DNA from: Gemmatimonadota bacterium
GTDB lineage: Bacteria; Gemmatimonadota; Gemmatimonadetes; Gemmatimonadales; GWC2-71-9
NCBI GenBank assembly: GCA_031402225.1
Contig: JANNSD010000040.1
Location: 27,710-91,709 of the forward strand
Reading direction: 5' to 3'
DNA length: 64,000 nucleotides
In this document: piece after piece, positions 27,870 through 37,358 of the stretch
How the letters are laid out: every line of letters begins with the position of its first letter
How positions within the stretch are numbered: the stretch's first letter is position 1
The notes under the pieces: model-generated
The model's input: only the letters and a program-made list of their open reading frames with translations
Databases searched by the model: none
Told to the model about the DNA's origin: nothing
Made by a program: the position numbers and the translations under genes

Positions 27870-29169
27870 GATCTGGGCGGTGATGCGGCGCGAATTCCTG
27901 GAGAAGGTGCGCACGCGTGCGTTCATCATCGGCACGGTGCTCTTCCCGGTTCTGATGATCGGGTTGACGGTGCTGCCGATCCTGCTCGACCGGCGCGAAA
28001 CGGAGCCAAAGCGCGTGGCCATCGTGGACGGTGCCAGTGGGGATGTTGGCATGAAGGTGACGGAGGCACTTGCCGCAGCGCGACGCGAGGGGGACAACGG
28101 CGCCGCCCGCTACTCGGTGGTGCGGGTACCGGCGCGCGACCGGGTGGAGAGCGTTCGCGATTCGCTTGTCGCGATCACCGGCGTGCAGCAGGAAGGCGTC
28201 GAGGGGCTCGATGGCATCCTGGTACTCACCGATGAGTCGGTGGATGGTGGGCGGATCCCCTATCTGGGGGTCAACGTCGGCAGCATGGCTGACATGCGGA
28301 AGCTCGAGACCGAGCTGCAGACGACGCTGCGGCAGGAGCGCCTCCGCCGCGCCGGGATCGACGTATTCATCGGGATGAAGGCGTCGCGCGAGGTGGATGT
28401 GGTGGCGCAGAAAGTGACCTCGGGCAAGCTGACTGGCGAGTCGGGTGCCTCGTCGTTCATGCTGGCATATATCATGGGCCTGGTCCTGTACATGACGATG
28501 CTGCTGTACGGGGTGCAGGTCATGAACTCGGTGATGGAAGAAAAGACCAACCGGATTGCCGAGGTCCTGTCCTCGAGCGTCAAGCCGTTCGAGATGATGC
28601 TGGGCAAGGTGCTCGGCGTGGGGGGTGTGGGGCTGCTGCAGCTGAGTATCTGGGGCGGCACGGCGATGTTGGTGACGACCTATCGCGCGCCACTCGCGAG
28701 GCTGTTCGGGGCGTCGCCAGACGCGCTCACGGCGATGAAGCTGCCCAGCGTTCGGCCGGACCTGCTGGCGGTATTCCTGATCTACTTCGTGCTCGGCTTC
28801 CTGCTGTATGCGGCGGCGTACGCGGCGGTGGCGGCCATGTGTAACTCGCAGCAGGAGGCGCAGCAGGCGAATACACCGGTGACGCTCTGTATCGTGGCGG
28901 GATTCATGGCGATGTTCTCCCTGCTCAATGAGCCAAGTGGGTCACTGGCCAGGACACTGAGCCTTATTCCGGTGACGGCGCCGTTCGTGGTGCCGGTGCG
29001 GTACTCCCTGGCCCCGATCCCGATCCCGGAGCTGCTGCTCTCGATGGCGGTGACCTTGGCAGGCGTGCTGTTCGTGGTGTGGGTGGCGGGGCGGATCTAT
29101 CGGGTGGGGATCCTGATGTACGGGAAGCGGCCGAAGATCTCGGAGCTGTGGAGGTGGGTGCGGAGTTAG
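27862..29169 (+). CDS. ABC-2 type exporter permease (NatB-like)
   Basis: Overlaps the ATPase gene by 8 nt. One N-terminal TM, a large extracytoplasmic loop, then 5 C-terminal TMs. Confidence 0.8.
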   Translation: MHKIWAVMRREFLEKVRTRAFIIGTVLFPVLMIGLTVLPILLDRRETEPKRVAIVDGASGDVGMKVTEALAAARREGDNGAARYSVVRVPARDRVESVRDSLVAITGVQQEGVEGLDGILVLTDESVDGGRIPYLGVNVGSMADMRKLETELQTTLRQERLRRAGIDVFIGMKASREVDVVAQKVTSGKLTGESGASSFMLAYIMGLVLYMTMLLYGVQVMNSVMEEKTNRIAEVLSSSVKPFEMMLGKVLGVGGVGLLQLSIWGGTAMLVTTYRAPLARLFGASPDALTAMKLPSVRPDLLAVFLIYFVLGFLLYAAAYAAVAAMCNSQQEAQQANTPVTLCIVAGFMAMFSLLNEPSGSLARTLSLIPVTAPFVVPVRYSLAPIPIPELLLSMAVTLAGVLFVVWVAGRIYRVGILMYGKRPKISELWRWVRS

Positions 29170-29180
29170 GAACCGCGACG

Positions 29181-29222
29181 GCGTGAGGAGGAACCACGAC
29201 GGCGTGAGGAGTGAGGGGGAAC
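29181..29222. repeat. ~42-bp dispersed element (copy B), preceded by a 21-bp direct duplication
   Basis: ggaaccgcgacggcgtgagga / ggaaccacgacggcgtgagga (29169..29210), then gtgagggggaac. It starts right after the permease stop. Confidence 0.8.
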
Positions 29223-29544
29223 AGCGGTGGTCGGGGCCGTTTCAGGTGGGGCGCCGCTCTTCGGGGAAAGGGGAACGCACGCCAGTGTTCCCCTTCGATC
29301 GCATTCATGGGTGCGTTCCACGATCCCCTCGAGCGGCGCCCCATCCCTCCCGGCCAGTTCTTCTTCCACCATTCCCAGGCTCGCCTGCGACGGGGGTTCG
29401 GTGGCAAGGCACGCCAGCGCGATACCGAATGAAAACCGAAGTTAGTCATGGCACCTGGTGGCAACTAGACATACCATTGTAAAACGTTGCGCTACAATGC
29501 TTTACGTGCTGCTGATGTTGTTCGATATTCACGGCTGTACTACC

Positions 29545-29560
29545 TGTTTCACGTGAAACA
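29545..29560. promoter_or_regulatory. parS: parS centromere site, perfect palindrome TGTTTCACGTGAAACA
   Basis: 16/16 match to the consensus TGTTNCACGTGAAACA, about 640 bp upstream of parA. Confidence 0.9.
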
Positions 29561-30019
29561 CGAATCCGCTACAGATTCTCGTACTCCAAGCCGGCCGTAA
29601 CCCAGACTGGGGCCTGAAGGGGGCGCTTGCTCGCGGTGAGGTCTCCCCTGGCTGATGCTCTTGGAATCACTCGCGAACGGATTTTTAGATCCACACGCTG
29701 GGGGAACATGCTCGAACGGTTCTGCGCGGCTGTGATATCGAAGCACTCGCTGCAGTCGGTATCGCCCGTCGGTGGTGTCTGGCAGAACTCAGAAGGTCAG
29801 GAGATGAATTTGAACTGGGGTTGGTGGAACGGAGACTGGAGCTGAACTCACTCGAACTCGGTTCGGTGCTGGCAGGCTCTGAGGTGGGCCTGCTCGGAGC
29901 TTGGCGTTCCGTGTGGCCCCTGCAGCTGGGCGCGTGCTCCCGATTGGTGCGTGGACGCCCGATCGAAGGAATCTGACTGCCGGGGCTGAGCTTTCGCTCG
30001 CGGTTCGAGAATCCGAGGC

Positions 30020-30035
30020 TGTTTCACGTGAAACG
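30020..30035. promoter_or_regulatory. parS: parS centromere site TGTTTCACGTGAAACG
   Basis: 15/16 match to the consensus, about 165 bp upstream of parA. Confidence 0.85.
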
Positions 30036-30198
30036 CTCGCCTCGGATCACTTCGGGTGTAGCTCATCCTGTCAAAGGCCAGGACTGTGACAGTTGTCGGA
30101 TTTGAGGAACTACATATATTGACTCTCCCCTGTTTGGCCCGAGCTAGTAATCGCGGTAACTCGGAGCGTAAATCATTGCTACATAAATACTTACGTTA

Positions 30199-31017
30199 AT
30201 GGCAAGGATCATTGCCATCGCCAACCAGAAGGGCGGCGTGGGGAAGACCACCACCGCCGTCAACCTGTCGGCGTCCCTGGCCATCGCTGAAAAGCGGACC
30301 CTGCTCGTGGATGCCGACCCACAAGGCAATGCGACCAGCGGCGTGGGCCTGAGCAAGGGTGAGCTCGACGCATCGCTGTACGACGTGATGGTCGATGGGC
30401 GCGACCCCGATGAAGTCATTGCGCGCGACGTCGGAATCCCGTTCCTCGATGTGCTGCCGGCGACGCAGGATCTCGTGGGCGCCGAACTCGAGCTGGTAAA
30501 TCGTGTCGAGCGCGAAACCGCGCTTCGTCGCGGGCTTGCGCGGATTCGCGACCGCTACGACTTCATCATCATCGACTGCCCGCCCTCGCTCGGCCTGCTC
30601 ACGCTCAATGTGCTGACCGCGGCGGATGGCGTCGTGATTCCGATTCAGTGCGAGTACTACGCACTCGAGGGCATCTCACAGCTCCTCAATACCGTGCGCC
30701 TCGTGCAGCAGAACTTCAATCCGGGGCTCGCCATCGACGGCGTGCTCCTCACGATGTATGACGCCCGGCTCAATCTCTGCCGTCAGGTATCGGAGGACGC
30801 CAAGGAATATTTCGCGGCGCAGGTGTTCCGTACGGCGATTCCGCGCAATGTGCGGCTCGCCGAAGCGCCGAGCTTCGGCAAGCCGATCCTCCTCTATGAC
30901 GTGCAGTCGGTCGGCGCCAAGAGCTACCTCGCAGTGGCGCAGGAGCTCGTGAAGCGCGCCGCGCGCGCGCCGGGCGATGTGGAGGCTGACGTGGTCGCAC
31001 CCGAGGCCCAGGCATGA
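30199..31017 (+). CDS. parA: Chromosome partitioning ATPase ParA/Soj
   Basis: Deviant Walker [11 protein letters not shown]. Conserved ParA sequence throughout. Confidence 0.95.
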   Translation: MARIIAIANQKGGVGKTTTAVNLSASLAIAEKRTLLVDADPQGNATSGVGLSKGELDASLYDVMVDGRDPDEVIARDVGIPFLDVLPATQDLVGAELELVNRVERETALRRGLARIRDRYDFIIIDCPPSLGLLTLNVLTAADGVVIPIQCEYYALEGISQLLNTVRLVQQNFNPGLAIDGVLLTMYDARLNLCRQVSEDAKEYFAAQVFRTAIPRNVRLAEAPSFGKPILLYDVQSVGAKSYLAVAQELVKRAARAPGDVEADVVAPEAQA

Positions 31018-31901
31018 GCGAGGGCAAGCGACTCGGCCGTGGGCTTGAAGCGCTCCTCGGGCCGGGAGTGTCGCGCGAGCAGGCTCAGGCATCCGGTGCG
31101 CTGCGCGAACTCCCAGTCACCGCCATTCGGCCGAACCCGTTCCAGCCGCGCACGCATTTCGATCCCGCCGAACTCACCGACCTGACGCGTTCCATTGAGG
31201 CGTCCGGGCTGCTCCAGCCGATCGTGGTGCGTTCCGCCGGTGCCGGCAGCTACGAACTGATCGCGGGAGAGCGCCGCTGGCGCGCGGTGCAGCAGCTGGG
31301 CTGGGCCAGTGTGCCCGCCGTGGTGAAGGAAGCGGACGATCGCACGCTCCTCACCCTGGCCCTGGTGGAGAATCTCCAGCGCGACAACCTCTCGCCGATC
31401 GACGAAGCCCTGGGCTACCAGCGTCTCCTGGACGAATTCGCGATGCCGCAGCAGGAACTGGCGCGCATGGTGGGCCGGGACCGCTCAACGGTGGCCAATA
31501 CCGTGCGGCTGCTCAAATTGCCGCTGTCGGTACGAGCGCTGTTGCACGAGAAGAAGCTCAGCGAGGGCCATGCGCGCGCGCTGCTGGCTCTGGAGCACCC
31601 GGCGGCGATCGAGCGGTTGGCCACGGACGCCGTGGCAGGTGGATGGTCGGTGCGTGAGCTCGAGGCGCGGGTGCGCGGTGATCGTCCGTCGAAAGCGCGC
31701 CAGCGCGCGGCGGGCACGGAGGTTCGGAACCCGAGTGCCGATGTCCGAAGGGTGGAGGAGGCATTGCGCCATCGCCTCGGCACCGACGTACGGGTGACGG
31801 CAAAGCGCCGGGGGCGCGGACTGGTGACGCTGAGCTACTACTCCAACGATGACCTGGCACGGCTGCTCGAACTCATCCTGGGTCGACCCTTCGAAGGATG
31901 A
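31014..31901 (+). CDS. parB: Chromosome partitioning protein ParB/Spo0J
   Basis: [17 protein letters not shown] (arginine patch) and an [25 protein letters not shown]. Overlaps parA by 4 nt. Confidence 0.95.
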   Translation: MSEGKRLGRGLEALLGPGVSREQAQASGALRELPVTAIRPNPFQPRTHFDPAELTDLTRSIEASGLLQPIVVRSAGAGSYELIAGERRWRAVQQLGWASVPAVVKEADDRTLLTLALVENLQRDNLSPIDEALGYQRLLDEFAMPQQELARMVGRDRSTVANTVRLLKLPLSVRALLHEKKLSEGHARALLALEHPAAIERLATDAVAGGWSVRELEARVRGDRPSKARQRAAGTEVRNPSADVRRVEEALRHRLGTDVRVTAKRRGRGLVTLSYYSNDDLARLLELILGRPFEG

Positions 31902-32701
31902 CAAGCGCCGGCCGCACGCACGATACCCGGTACGTCACGATCCTCGTGCAACCGGACGGGGCGCTACAGGCGCGCAACTTCCGGTTGCCGCTGTGGGGGC
32001 TGCGGCTCGCGCTTGGCGCGATGACCGCCGTCGTGGGGCTGCTGGTGTTCGTCGCCCTCTCCTATGCGCCGCTGGTGCGCGCGGCGGCACGGGTACCGGC
32101 GCTCGAGCGAAAGGTGGCGCGGCTCGAGCTGGACAATGCGAAGATCCGGGAACTCGCTGCGGCGCTGGACAGCGTGGAGCGGCGCTACGACCAGGTGCGG
32201 GGCATGATCGGCGGCGACGTGATGCCGGCCCTGGCGCGTGCATCGTCTACCTTGCCGCTGGCACCTCCGGTTCGAGCGAACACCACGCTGAGCCGCCGCT
32301 TTCCCTCGGGCGCCTCGGTGCCGGCCTTCTGGCCGCTCGACGACCCCAGCTACATGACGCGCGGCCGGTCCGCCGCCGACCCCGACGGTCCCCATGAAGG
32401 CGTGGACATCGCCGTCGCCACCGGCAGCATCGTGCGCGCGGCTGGCGGCGGCACCGTGCTGGACGCGGGACAGGATCCGGAGTTCGGGCTCTTCGTGCTC
32501 ATCCAGCATCCCGACGACTACCAGACGCTGTACGGGCACCTGTCCCGCATCGTGACCCGCAAGGGTGCCGCGATCGAGCCGGGCGAGGTCATTGGCCTCG
32601 CCGGAAATACCGGTCGATCGAGCGCGCCGCACCTGCATTTCGAGATCCGGCTCAAGGGAGCCGCCATCGATCCGCTTACGCTCGTGAAACAGGAGGGGTG
32701 A
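31898..32701 (+). CDS. M23/LytM-family metallopeptidase with N-terminal TM and coiled coil
   Basis: HEGVDIA ... GHL ... APHLHFEI zinc-ligand motifs. Overlaps the parB stop (ATGA). Confidence 0.85.
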   Translation: MTSAGRTHDTRYVTILVQPDGALQARNFRLPLWGLRLALGAMTAVVGLLVFVALSYAPLVRAAARVPALERKVARLELDNAKIRELAAALDSVERRYDQVRGMIGGDVMPALARASSTLPLAPPVRANTTLSRRFPSGASVPAFWPLDDPSYMTRGRSAADPDGPHEGVDIAVATGSIVRAAGGGTVLDAGQDPEFGLFVLIQHPDDYQTLYGHLSRIVTRKGAAIEPGEVIGLAGNTGRSSAPHLHFEIRLKGAAIDPLTLVKQEG

Positions 32702-33099
32702 TGTCCATCTTTGCCGGGAACAAGGAAGGCGCAGGCGATAGCCCGCGTCGGCGCGCCAGCGACCTGATGCCGCTGTCGATCGTGGCGCACGACCTCACCG
32801 TGACCGGTGACCTCGAGGCCGAGGGCGTGGTGAAGGTGGAGGGCAAGGTGAAAGGCACCATCCGCGCCGGGAGCCAGATCCTGGTGGCACCCGGCTCGCT
32901 GGTCGAGGGCGACCTCTACACCAAGGAGTGTGTCATCGGGGGCCAGGTGAAGGGCACCATCCACGCCTCGGAGCGGGTCGAACTGCAGGCAAGTGCCGTG
33001 ATCGATGGGGACATCATGACCCAGCGCATCGCGATCCTGGAAGGGGCCCGGGTGTCGGGCGAGGTACGCATGGACGGGGAGGCCAGTCCCGCACCGTGA
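32701..33099 (+). CDS. Bactofilin (polymer-forming cytoskeletal protein)
   Basis: Repetitive beta-helix pattern (VTGDLEAEGVVKVEGKVKGTIRAGSQILVAPGSLVEGDLYTKECVIGGQVKGTI...). AGGAGG lies 4 nt upstream of ATG 32701; GTG 32698 is also possible. Confidence 0.85.
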   Translation: MSIFAGNKEGAGDSPRRRASDLMPLSIVAHDLTVTGDLEAEGVVKVEGKVKGTIRAGSQILVAPGSLVEGDLYTKECVIGGQVKGTIHASERVELQASAVIDGDIMTQRIAILEGARVSGEVRMDGEASPAP

Positions 33100-34064
33100 A
33101 GCTCGCGCGCCTGCTGTTCGGCCTGCTGGCCCTCGCGGCGTGCACGCGGGCTCCCGCGACGCCGGAAGGCTTTCGCGTCGGGCTGGTCACGCCGGGCTCG
33201 ATCACCGACGCGGCGTGGAACTCCGGCGCGTATCACGGACTCGAGGCGATCCGCGATTCGCTTGGCGTGCCGGTGAGCCATGTCGAGGCGCGGACGCCGG
33301 CGGCGCAGGACGAGGCGCTGCGCGCCTATGCGGCGCAGGGCTACGCACTGGTGTTCGCGCACGGGTACGAGTTCCAGGATCCCGCTGAGCGAGTGAGCGC
33401 CGAATATCCACTCACAGTGTTCATCGTCACGTCGGGCGCGCGCACCATGAAGAACGTGTCGCCCATGATCTTCCGGCTGGACGAAGCGAGTTACCTGGCT
33501 GGCATGGTGGCGGGGCGCCTCACCACGTCGAACCTCATCGGCTTCGTGGGTGGTGTGGAACTGCCGCCGGTAAAGGCGGCGTACGAAGGGTGGGTGAACG
33601 GTGCGACGGCGGTGAACCCGAAGGTCCGGAGCCGGTCGACCTACCTCAACAACTGGGACGATGCCGCCCTCGGGCGCGAGGCGGCGCTGGCGCTGATCCG
33701 CGCGGGGGTCGACGTCTTCCATCACAATGCCGATGCCGCAGCGCTCGGGGTGTTCCAGGCGGCGAAGGAGACGCCAGGCGTGCTGGTGTTCGGCGCGAAC
33801 GCCGACCAGTCGGCGCTCGCACCGGCCATCGTACCGGGCTCGGCGATGATCGACCTGCCCCGGGCGTTCCTGGCCATTGCACACGAGGTGCACAAGGGAA
33901 ACTTCGCGCCCCGGGTGATCGTGTTTGGTCTCGAGGGTGGGGTGGTACGCTACGCGGCGAACCCGGCGTTTGCCGGCAGCCTGCCGTCCGATCTCGAGCC
34001 GCAACTCCAGCGCGCTCGTGACTCGATTGTCGCTGGCACCCTGAAGCCGGCGCCACCGCGATGA
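33096..34064 (+). CDS. BMP-family (PnrA-like) ABC substrate-binding lipoprotein
   Basis: GTG start with lipobox LLALAAC. The sequence has a periplasmic-binding fold typical of basic membrane protein/nucleoside binders. The ORF-track N-terminal extension was trimmed. Confidence 0.75.
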   Translation: MKLARLLFGLLALAACTRAPATPEGFRVGLVTPGSITDAAWNSGAYHGLEAIRDSLGVPVSHVEARTPAAQDEALRAYAAQGYALVFAHGYEFQDPAERVSAEYPLTVFIVTSGARTMKNVSPMIFRLDEASYLAGMVAGRLTTSNLIGFVGGVELPPVKAAYEGWVNGATAVNPKVRSRSTYLNNWDDAALGREAALALIRAGVDVFHHNADAAALGVFQAAKETPGVLVFGANADQSALAPAIVPGSAMIDLPRAFLAIAHEVHKGNFAPRVIVFGLEGGVVRYAANPAFAGSLPSDLEPQLQRARDSIVAGTLKPAPPR

Positions 34065-34843
34065 GGCCGGTGGCGGCGCTTGCCGACGTGGCGGCGTACC
34101 TCGATGACTACCTTCGTGTCCGGGAGGTACCCGACTACGACGGCGCGCTGAACGGGCTGCAAGTGGAGAACGGCGGCACGATCGACCGCATCGTCGCGGC
34201 TGTGGACGCGTCGCAGGCGACGATCGACGGGGTCGCGGCAGCTGGCGGATCCCCGCTCCTGCTGGTGCATCACGGCCTCTTCTTCGACGGCAACCTTCCG
34301 GTCACTGGCCGTCGATTTCGCCGCCTTCGTGCGCTGCTTGGCCATGATGTCGCGGTCTACTCGTCACACCTGCCGCTCGACGCCCACCCCGAGGTGGGCA
34401 ACAATGCCGTGCTGGCGCGGCTCCTCGGCCTGGAACTGCAAGGGCCTTTCGGTACCCATCGTGGCAACCCGATTGGGGTCTGGGGTCTTGCGCCACCCAG
34501 CCTGGGCTCGCGCGATGCCCTCTCGGCGAGGCTGCAATCGGTGCTCGGACTGACGAGTGTTCCCCGGCTCATTGCGGGCGGTCCGTCGCGCGTCGAGCGG
34601 GTTGGGATCGTTACCGGCGGGGCGGGCACGATGGTCAGGGAGGCGCGCGAGGCGGGCCTCGACACGTTCGTCACCGGCGAGGGTCCGCACCACACCTACT
34701 TCGACGCGATGGAGTTTGGCGTCAACGTCTTTCACGCCGGCCACTACGCCACGGAGACCGTGGGGGTGCGGGCCCTGGCGGAGCACGTCGGCACCAGGTT
34801 CGGCCTGCCGCATGCCTTCCACGATCATCCCACCGGCATGTGA
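34061..34843 (+). CDS. NIF3-family dinuclear-metal protein (YbgI/GCH1 type 2 homologue)
   Basis: NGLQVENGG, LLLVHHGLFF and the C-terminal HYATE motif. 4-nt overlaps with both neighbouring genes. Confidence 0.8.
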   Translation: MRPVAALADVAAYLDDYLRVREVPDYDGALNGLQVENGGTIDRIVAAVDASQATIDGVAAAGGSPLLLVHHGLFFDGNLPVTGRRFRRLRALLGHDVAVYSSHLPLDAHPEVGNNAVLARLLGLELQGPFGTHRGNPIGVWGLAPPSLGSRDALSARLQSVLGLTSVPRLIAGGPSRVERVGIVTGGAGTMVREAREAGLDTFVTGEGPHHTYFDAMEFGVNVFHAGHYATETVGVRALAEHVGTRFGLPHAFHDHPTGM

Positions 34844-36348
34844 CGGGGCCCATTCTCGAACTCAGCAACATCCACAAGCGATTCGGCACGGTGCAGGCGC
34901 TCACGGCTGCCGGGCTGGTTGTGCGCGCTGGCGAAGTGCACGCTCTGCTGGGTGAGAATGGCGCCGGCAAGACGACGCTGATGCACGTAGCCAGCGGGAT
35001 GCTGGCGCCCGATTCGGGGGAGATCCTGATCGACGGTGTGCCCCGGCGGCTGCGGTCGCCACGCGATGCGCGCGGAGCCGGGATCGGGCTGGTACACCAG
35101 CACTTCACATCCATTCCGGCCCTCACGGTTGCGGAGAACATCGCGCTCTTCGCCGGGTGGGAGGTGCGGCCGCGGGAGCTGGCGCTGCGCGTCGGCGCGC
35201 TGACCCAGCGGCTCAACCTTCCGCTCGACCCTGCGGCCCGGGCTGGAACCCTTCCGGTCGCGCTGCTGCAGCGGCTCGAGATCGTGAAGGCGCTCGCGGG
35301 CGATGCGCGGGTGCTCCTGCTCGATGAACCCACCGGCGTGCTGGCACCGAGTGAGGCGGACGAACTGCTGGCCCGGGCCCGCGCGTTCGCCGAGGCGGGC
35401 GGCGCGGTGGTGCTGATCACCCACAAACTGGATGAGGCGCTGCGGGGTGCTGACCGTGTGACGGTGCTGCGGCGGGGCGCGATGGTGCTTGAACGGGAGA
35501 CGGGAGACGGGAGACGGGAGACGGAGGAGGGAACAGGGTTAGGAGTCAGGAGTCAGGAGCTGGGAGTACTGACACGGGCGATGATTGGGGAGGCGAGCAT
35601 TCTCGACGAGCCGGTACCGGCATCGTTCACCGCGGAGGATGCGCCGAGGCGAGTGCATGTAGCGGGGCTCGAGGTGGCGCGCGAGTCGGGGCTGGGCATG
35701 GCAGTGAAGCAGGCGTCGCTTGGTATCAGGGCGGGAGAGATCGTGGCCGTGGCGGGGATCGAGGGCAGCGGCCAGCGAGAGCTGCTGCGTGCCATCGCCG
35801 GCGTGCTGCCGGTGTTCCGCGGAACGCGCGAGGTGACCCAGCCACTGGCGTTCATCCCGGAGGACCGCACCACGGAGGGATTGATCCCCGAGCTTTCGCT
35901 GACGGAGAATGTGGTGCTGGGTCTGGGACGATCAGCAAGCTGGGTAAGGCGAGGTCGCCTCGACTGGTCAGCGGCGAAGCGGCGCACCGGCGAGATGATT
36001 GCGGAGTTCGGGGTTCGCGCGGCCGGAACGGATGTGCCGGCAGCAACCCTGAGCGGCGGCAACCAGCAGAAGCTCATCATCGCGAGGGCACTGGAGCGAT
36101 TGCCGGCGGTCATCGTCGCCGAGAACCCGACGCGGGGCCTCGACGTGCAGGCCACCCGCGCGGTGCACGACCGGCTGCGCGAAGCGGCCGGGCGTGGCGT
36201 CGCGGTGCTGCTGTACTCCAACGACCTGGATGAAGTGATGACGCTGGGCCAGCGTATCGTGGTGATGGCGCGGGGAACGCTCCGGGAGGCCACTGCGGGT
36301 GCATCACGGTCGGCGATCGGTGAGTTGATGCTGGCGGGCCCGCCGTGA
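34840..36348 (+). CDS. Dual-domain ABC importer ATPase (BMP/sugar-nucleoside type) with repeat-derived linker insert
   Basis: Two ABC halves: GENGAGKTT / LLLDEPTGVL and GIEGSGQRE / LSGGNQQK / VAENPTRGLD. The linker contains the heptamer repeats at 35495..35568. Confidence 0.9.
   Translation: MTGPILELSNIHKRFGTVQALTAAGLVVRAGEVHALLGENGAGKTTLMHVASGMLAPDSGEILIDGVPRRLRSPRDARGAGIGLVHQHFTSIPALTVAENIALFAGWEVRPRELALRVGALTQRLNLPLDPAARAGTLPVALLQRLEIVKALAGDARVLLLDEPTGVLAPSEADELLARARAFAEAGGAVVLITHKLDEALRGADRVTVLRRGAMVLERETGDGRRETEEGTGLGVRSQELGVLTRAMIGEASILDEPVPASFTAEDAPRRVHVAGLEVARESGLGMAVKQASLGIRAGEIVAVAGIEGSGQRELLRAIAGVLPVFRGTREVTQPLAFIPEDRTTEGLIPELSLTENVVLGLGRSASWVRRGRLDWSAAKRRTGEMIAEFGVRAAGTDVPAATLSGGNQQKLIIARALERLPAVIVAENPTRGLDVQATRAVHDRLREAAGRGVAVLLYSNDLDEVMTLGQRIVVMARGTLREATAGASRSAIGELMLAGPP
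35495..35568 (+). repeat. Intragenic heptamer arrays GGGAGAC x4 and AGGAGTC x4, in frame
   Basis: Read directly. They translate as RETGDGRRETEEGTGLGVRSQELGV between the two ABC domains. Confidence 0.9.
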
Positions 36349-37358
36349 AGAGGCAGGTCGCGTCGTTCGGCGCGGGCCTCGCGGTGCTGGCGATCTTCTT
36401 CGCCGCCAGCGGCCACGACCCGGTGGCGGCTCTCGGCGCGATGTACCGCGGTGCCTTCGGCAGCTGGTACGCATTCACGTCGGGGACGCTGGTGCGCGCG
36501 ATTCCCCTCATGCTGATCGCCCTGGGGTTCACGGTGGGCCTCCGGGCCGGCGTGCTCAACATCGGGGGCGAGGGCCAGTTCTATGCCGGGGCGATTGCGG
36601 CGACGTGGATCGGCCTCAAGCTCGGCGGGTGGCCGACCATCGCGGCAATTCCGCTCGTGCTGGCGGTGGCGTTCGGAGCAGGCGCGCTATGGGTGGCGGT
36701 GCCGGCGTGGCTGCGGCTCCGGTTCGGCGTGCTCGAGGTGATCAGCACGCTGCTGCTCAACTTCGTAGCCGAAGCGCTGGTGAGCTTCATGGTACAGGGT
36801 CCGCTGCAGGAGTCGCAGCACATCTACCCGCAGAGCGACCAACTGCCCCTCTCGGCGCGCCTGCCGGTGTTACCGGGTACGCGGCTGCATCTCGGGATCA
36901 TGATTGCCCTCGGGTGCGCCGTGCTGGTGTGGTACGTGTTCCGCCGTACCATGATTGGATTCGAGTTGCGAGCGGTGGGTCGCGGACCGATCGCAGCGCG
37001 AGTGACGGGCGGCTTGCCGGTGCAGCGCCTCGCGGCGATGGCGCTCCTCGTGTCCGGTGCATTCGCCGGGCTGGCCGGGGGAGTAGAGGTGGGCGGCGTC
37101 AGCTACGCGCTCTATCCCAACCTGTCGCCGGGCTACGGCTTCACCGCCATCGCGGTGGCACTGCTAGCACGCCAGTCACCGGTGGGCATCATCGCGAGCG
37201 CCATCCTGTTCGGCGCGCTCGAGGCGGGTGCCGGGGCTATGCAGCGTGATGTCGGGGTGCCCGCGGTCGCGGTGTATGTGGCGGAAGCGGTGACGATCAT
37301 CGCGGTGCTGCTGGCCGACACTTTTTCTGTGCGCCGCCGAAACGTGGTGACGGCATGA
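36345..37358 (+). CDS. ABC importer permease (BMP system, first subunit)
   Basis: 337 aa polytopic protein. The GTG start overlaps the ATPase stop. NIGGEGQ motif typical of this permease family. Confidence 0.85.
   Translation: MKRQVASFGAGLAVLAIFFAASGHDPVAALGAMYRGAFGSWYAFTSGTLVRAIPLMLIALGFTVGLRAGVLNIGGEGQFYAGAIAATWIGLKLGGWPTIAAIPLVLAVAFGAGALWVAVPAWLRLRFGVLEVISTLLLNFVAEALVSFMVQGPLQESQHIYPQSDQLPLSARLPVLPGTRLHLGIMIALGCAVLVWYVFRRTMIGFELRAVGRGPIAARVTGGLPVQRLAAMALLVSGAFAGLAGGVEVGGVSYALYPNLSPGYGFTAIAVALLARQSPVGIIASAILFGALEAGAGAMQRDVGVPAVAVYVAEAVTIIAVLLADTFSVRRRNVVTA

Noticed and set aside
29230-30100. Known structured RNAs (RNase P, tmRNA, SRP RNA, 6S, cobalamin riboswitch), and the small ORFs 29627..29845 and 29848..30066.
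   Set aside because: I could not find the diagnostic conserved blocks (for example GGAAAGTCCGG of RNase P or a tmRNA tag reading frame). The ORFs have poor codon bias and one spans a parS site. An unknown ncRNA cannot be excluded.
29170-30198. oriC in the non-coding region upstream of parA.
   Set aside because: Only one weak DnaA-box-like sequence was seen (AGATCCACA near 29690). There are no clustered TTATCCACA boxes, and no dnaA or dnaN nearby. The region was kept only as a parS region.
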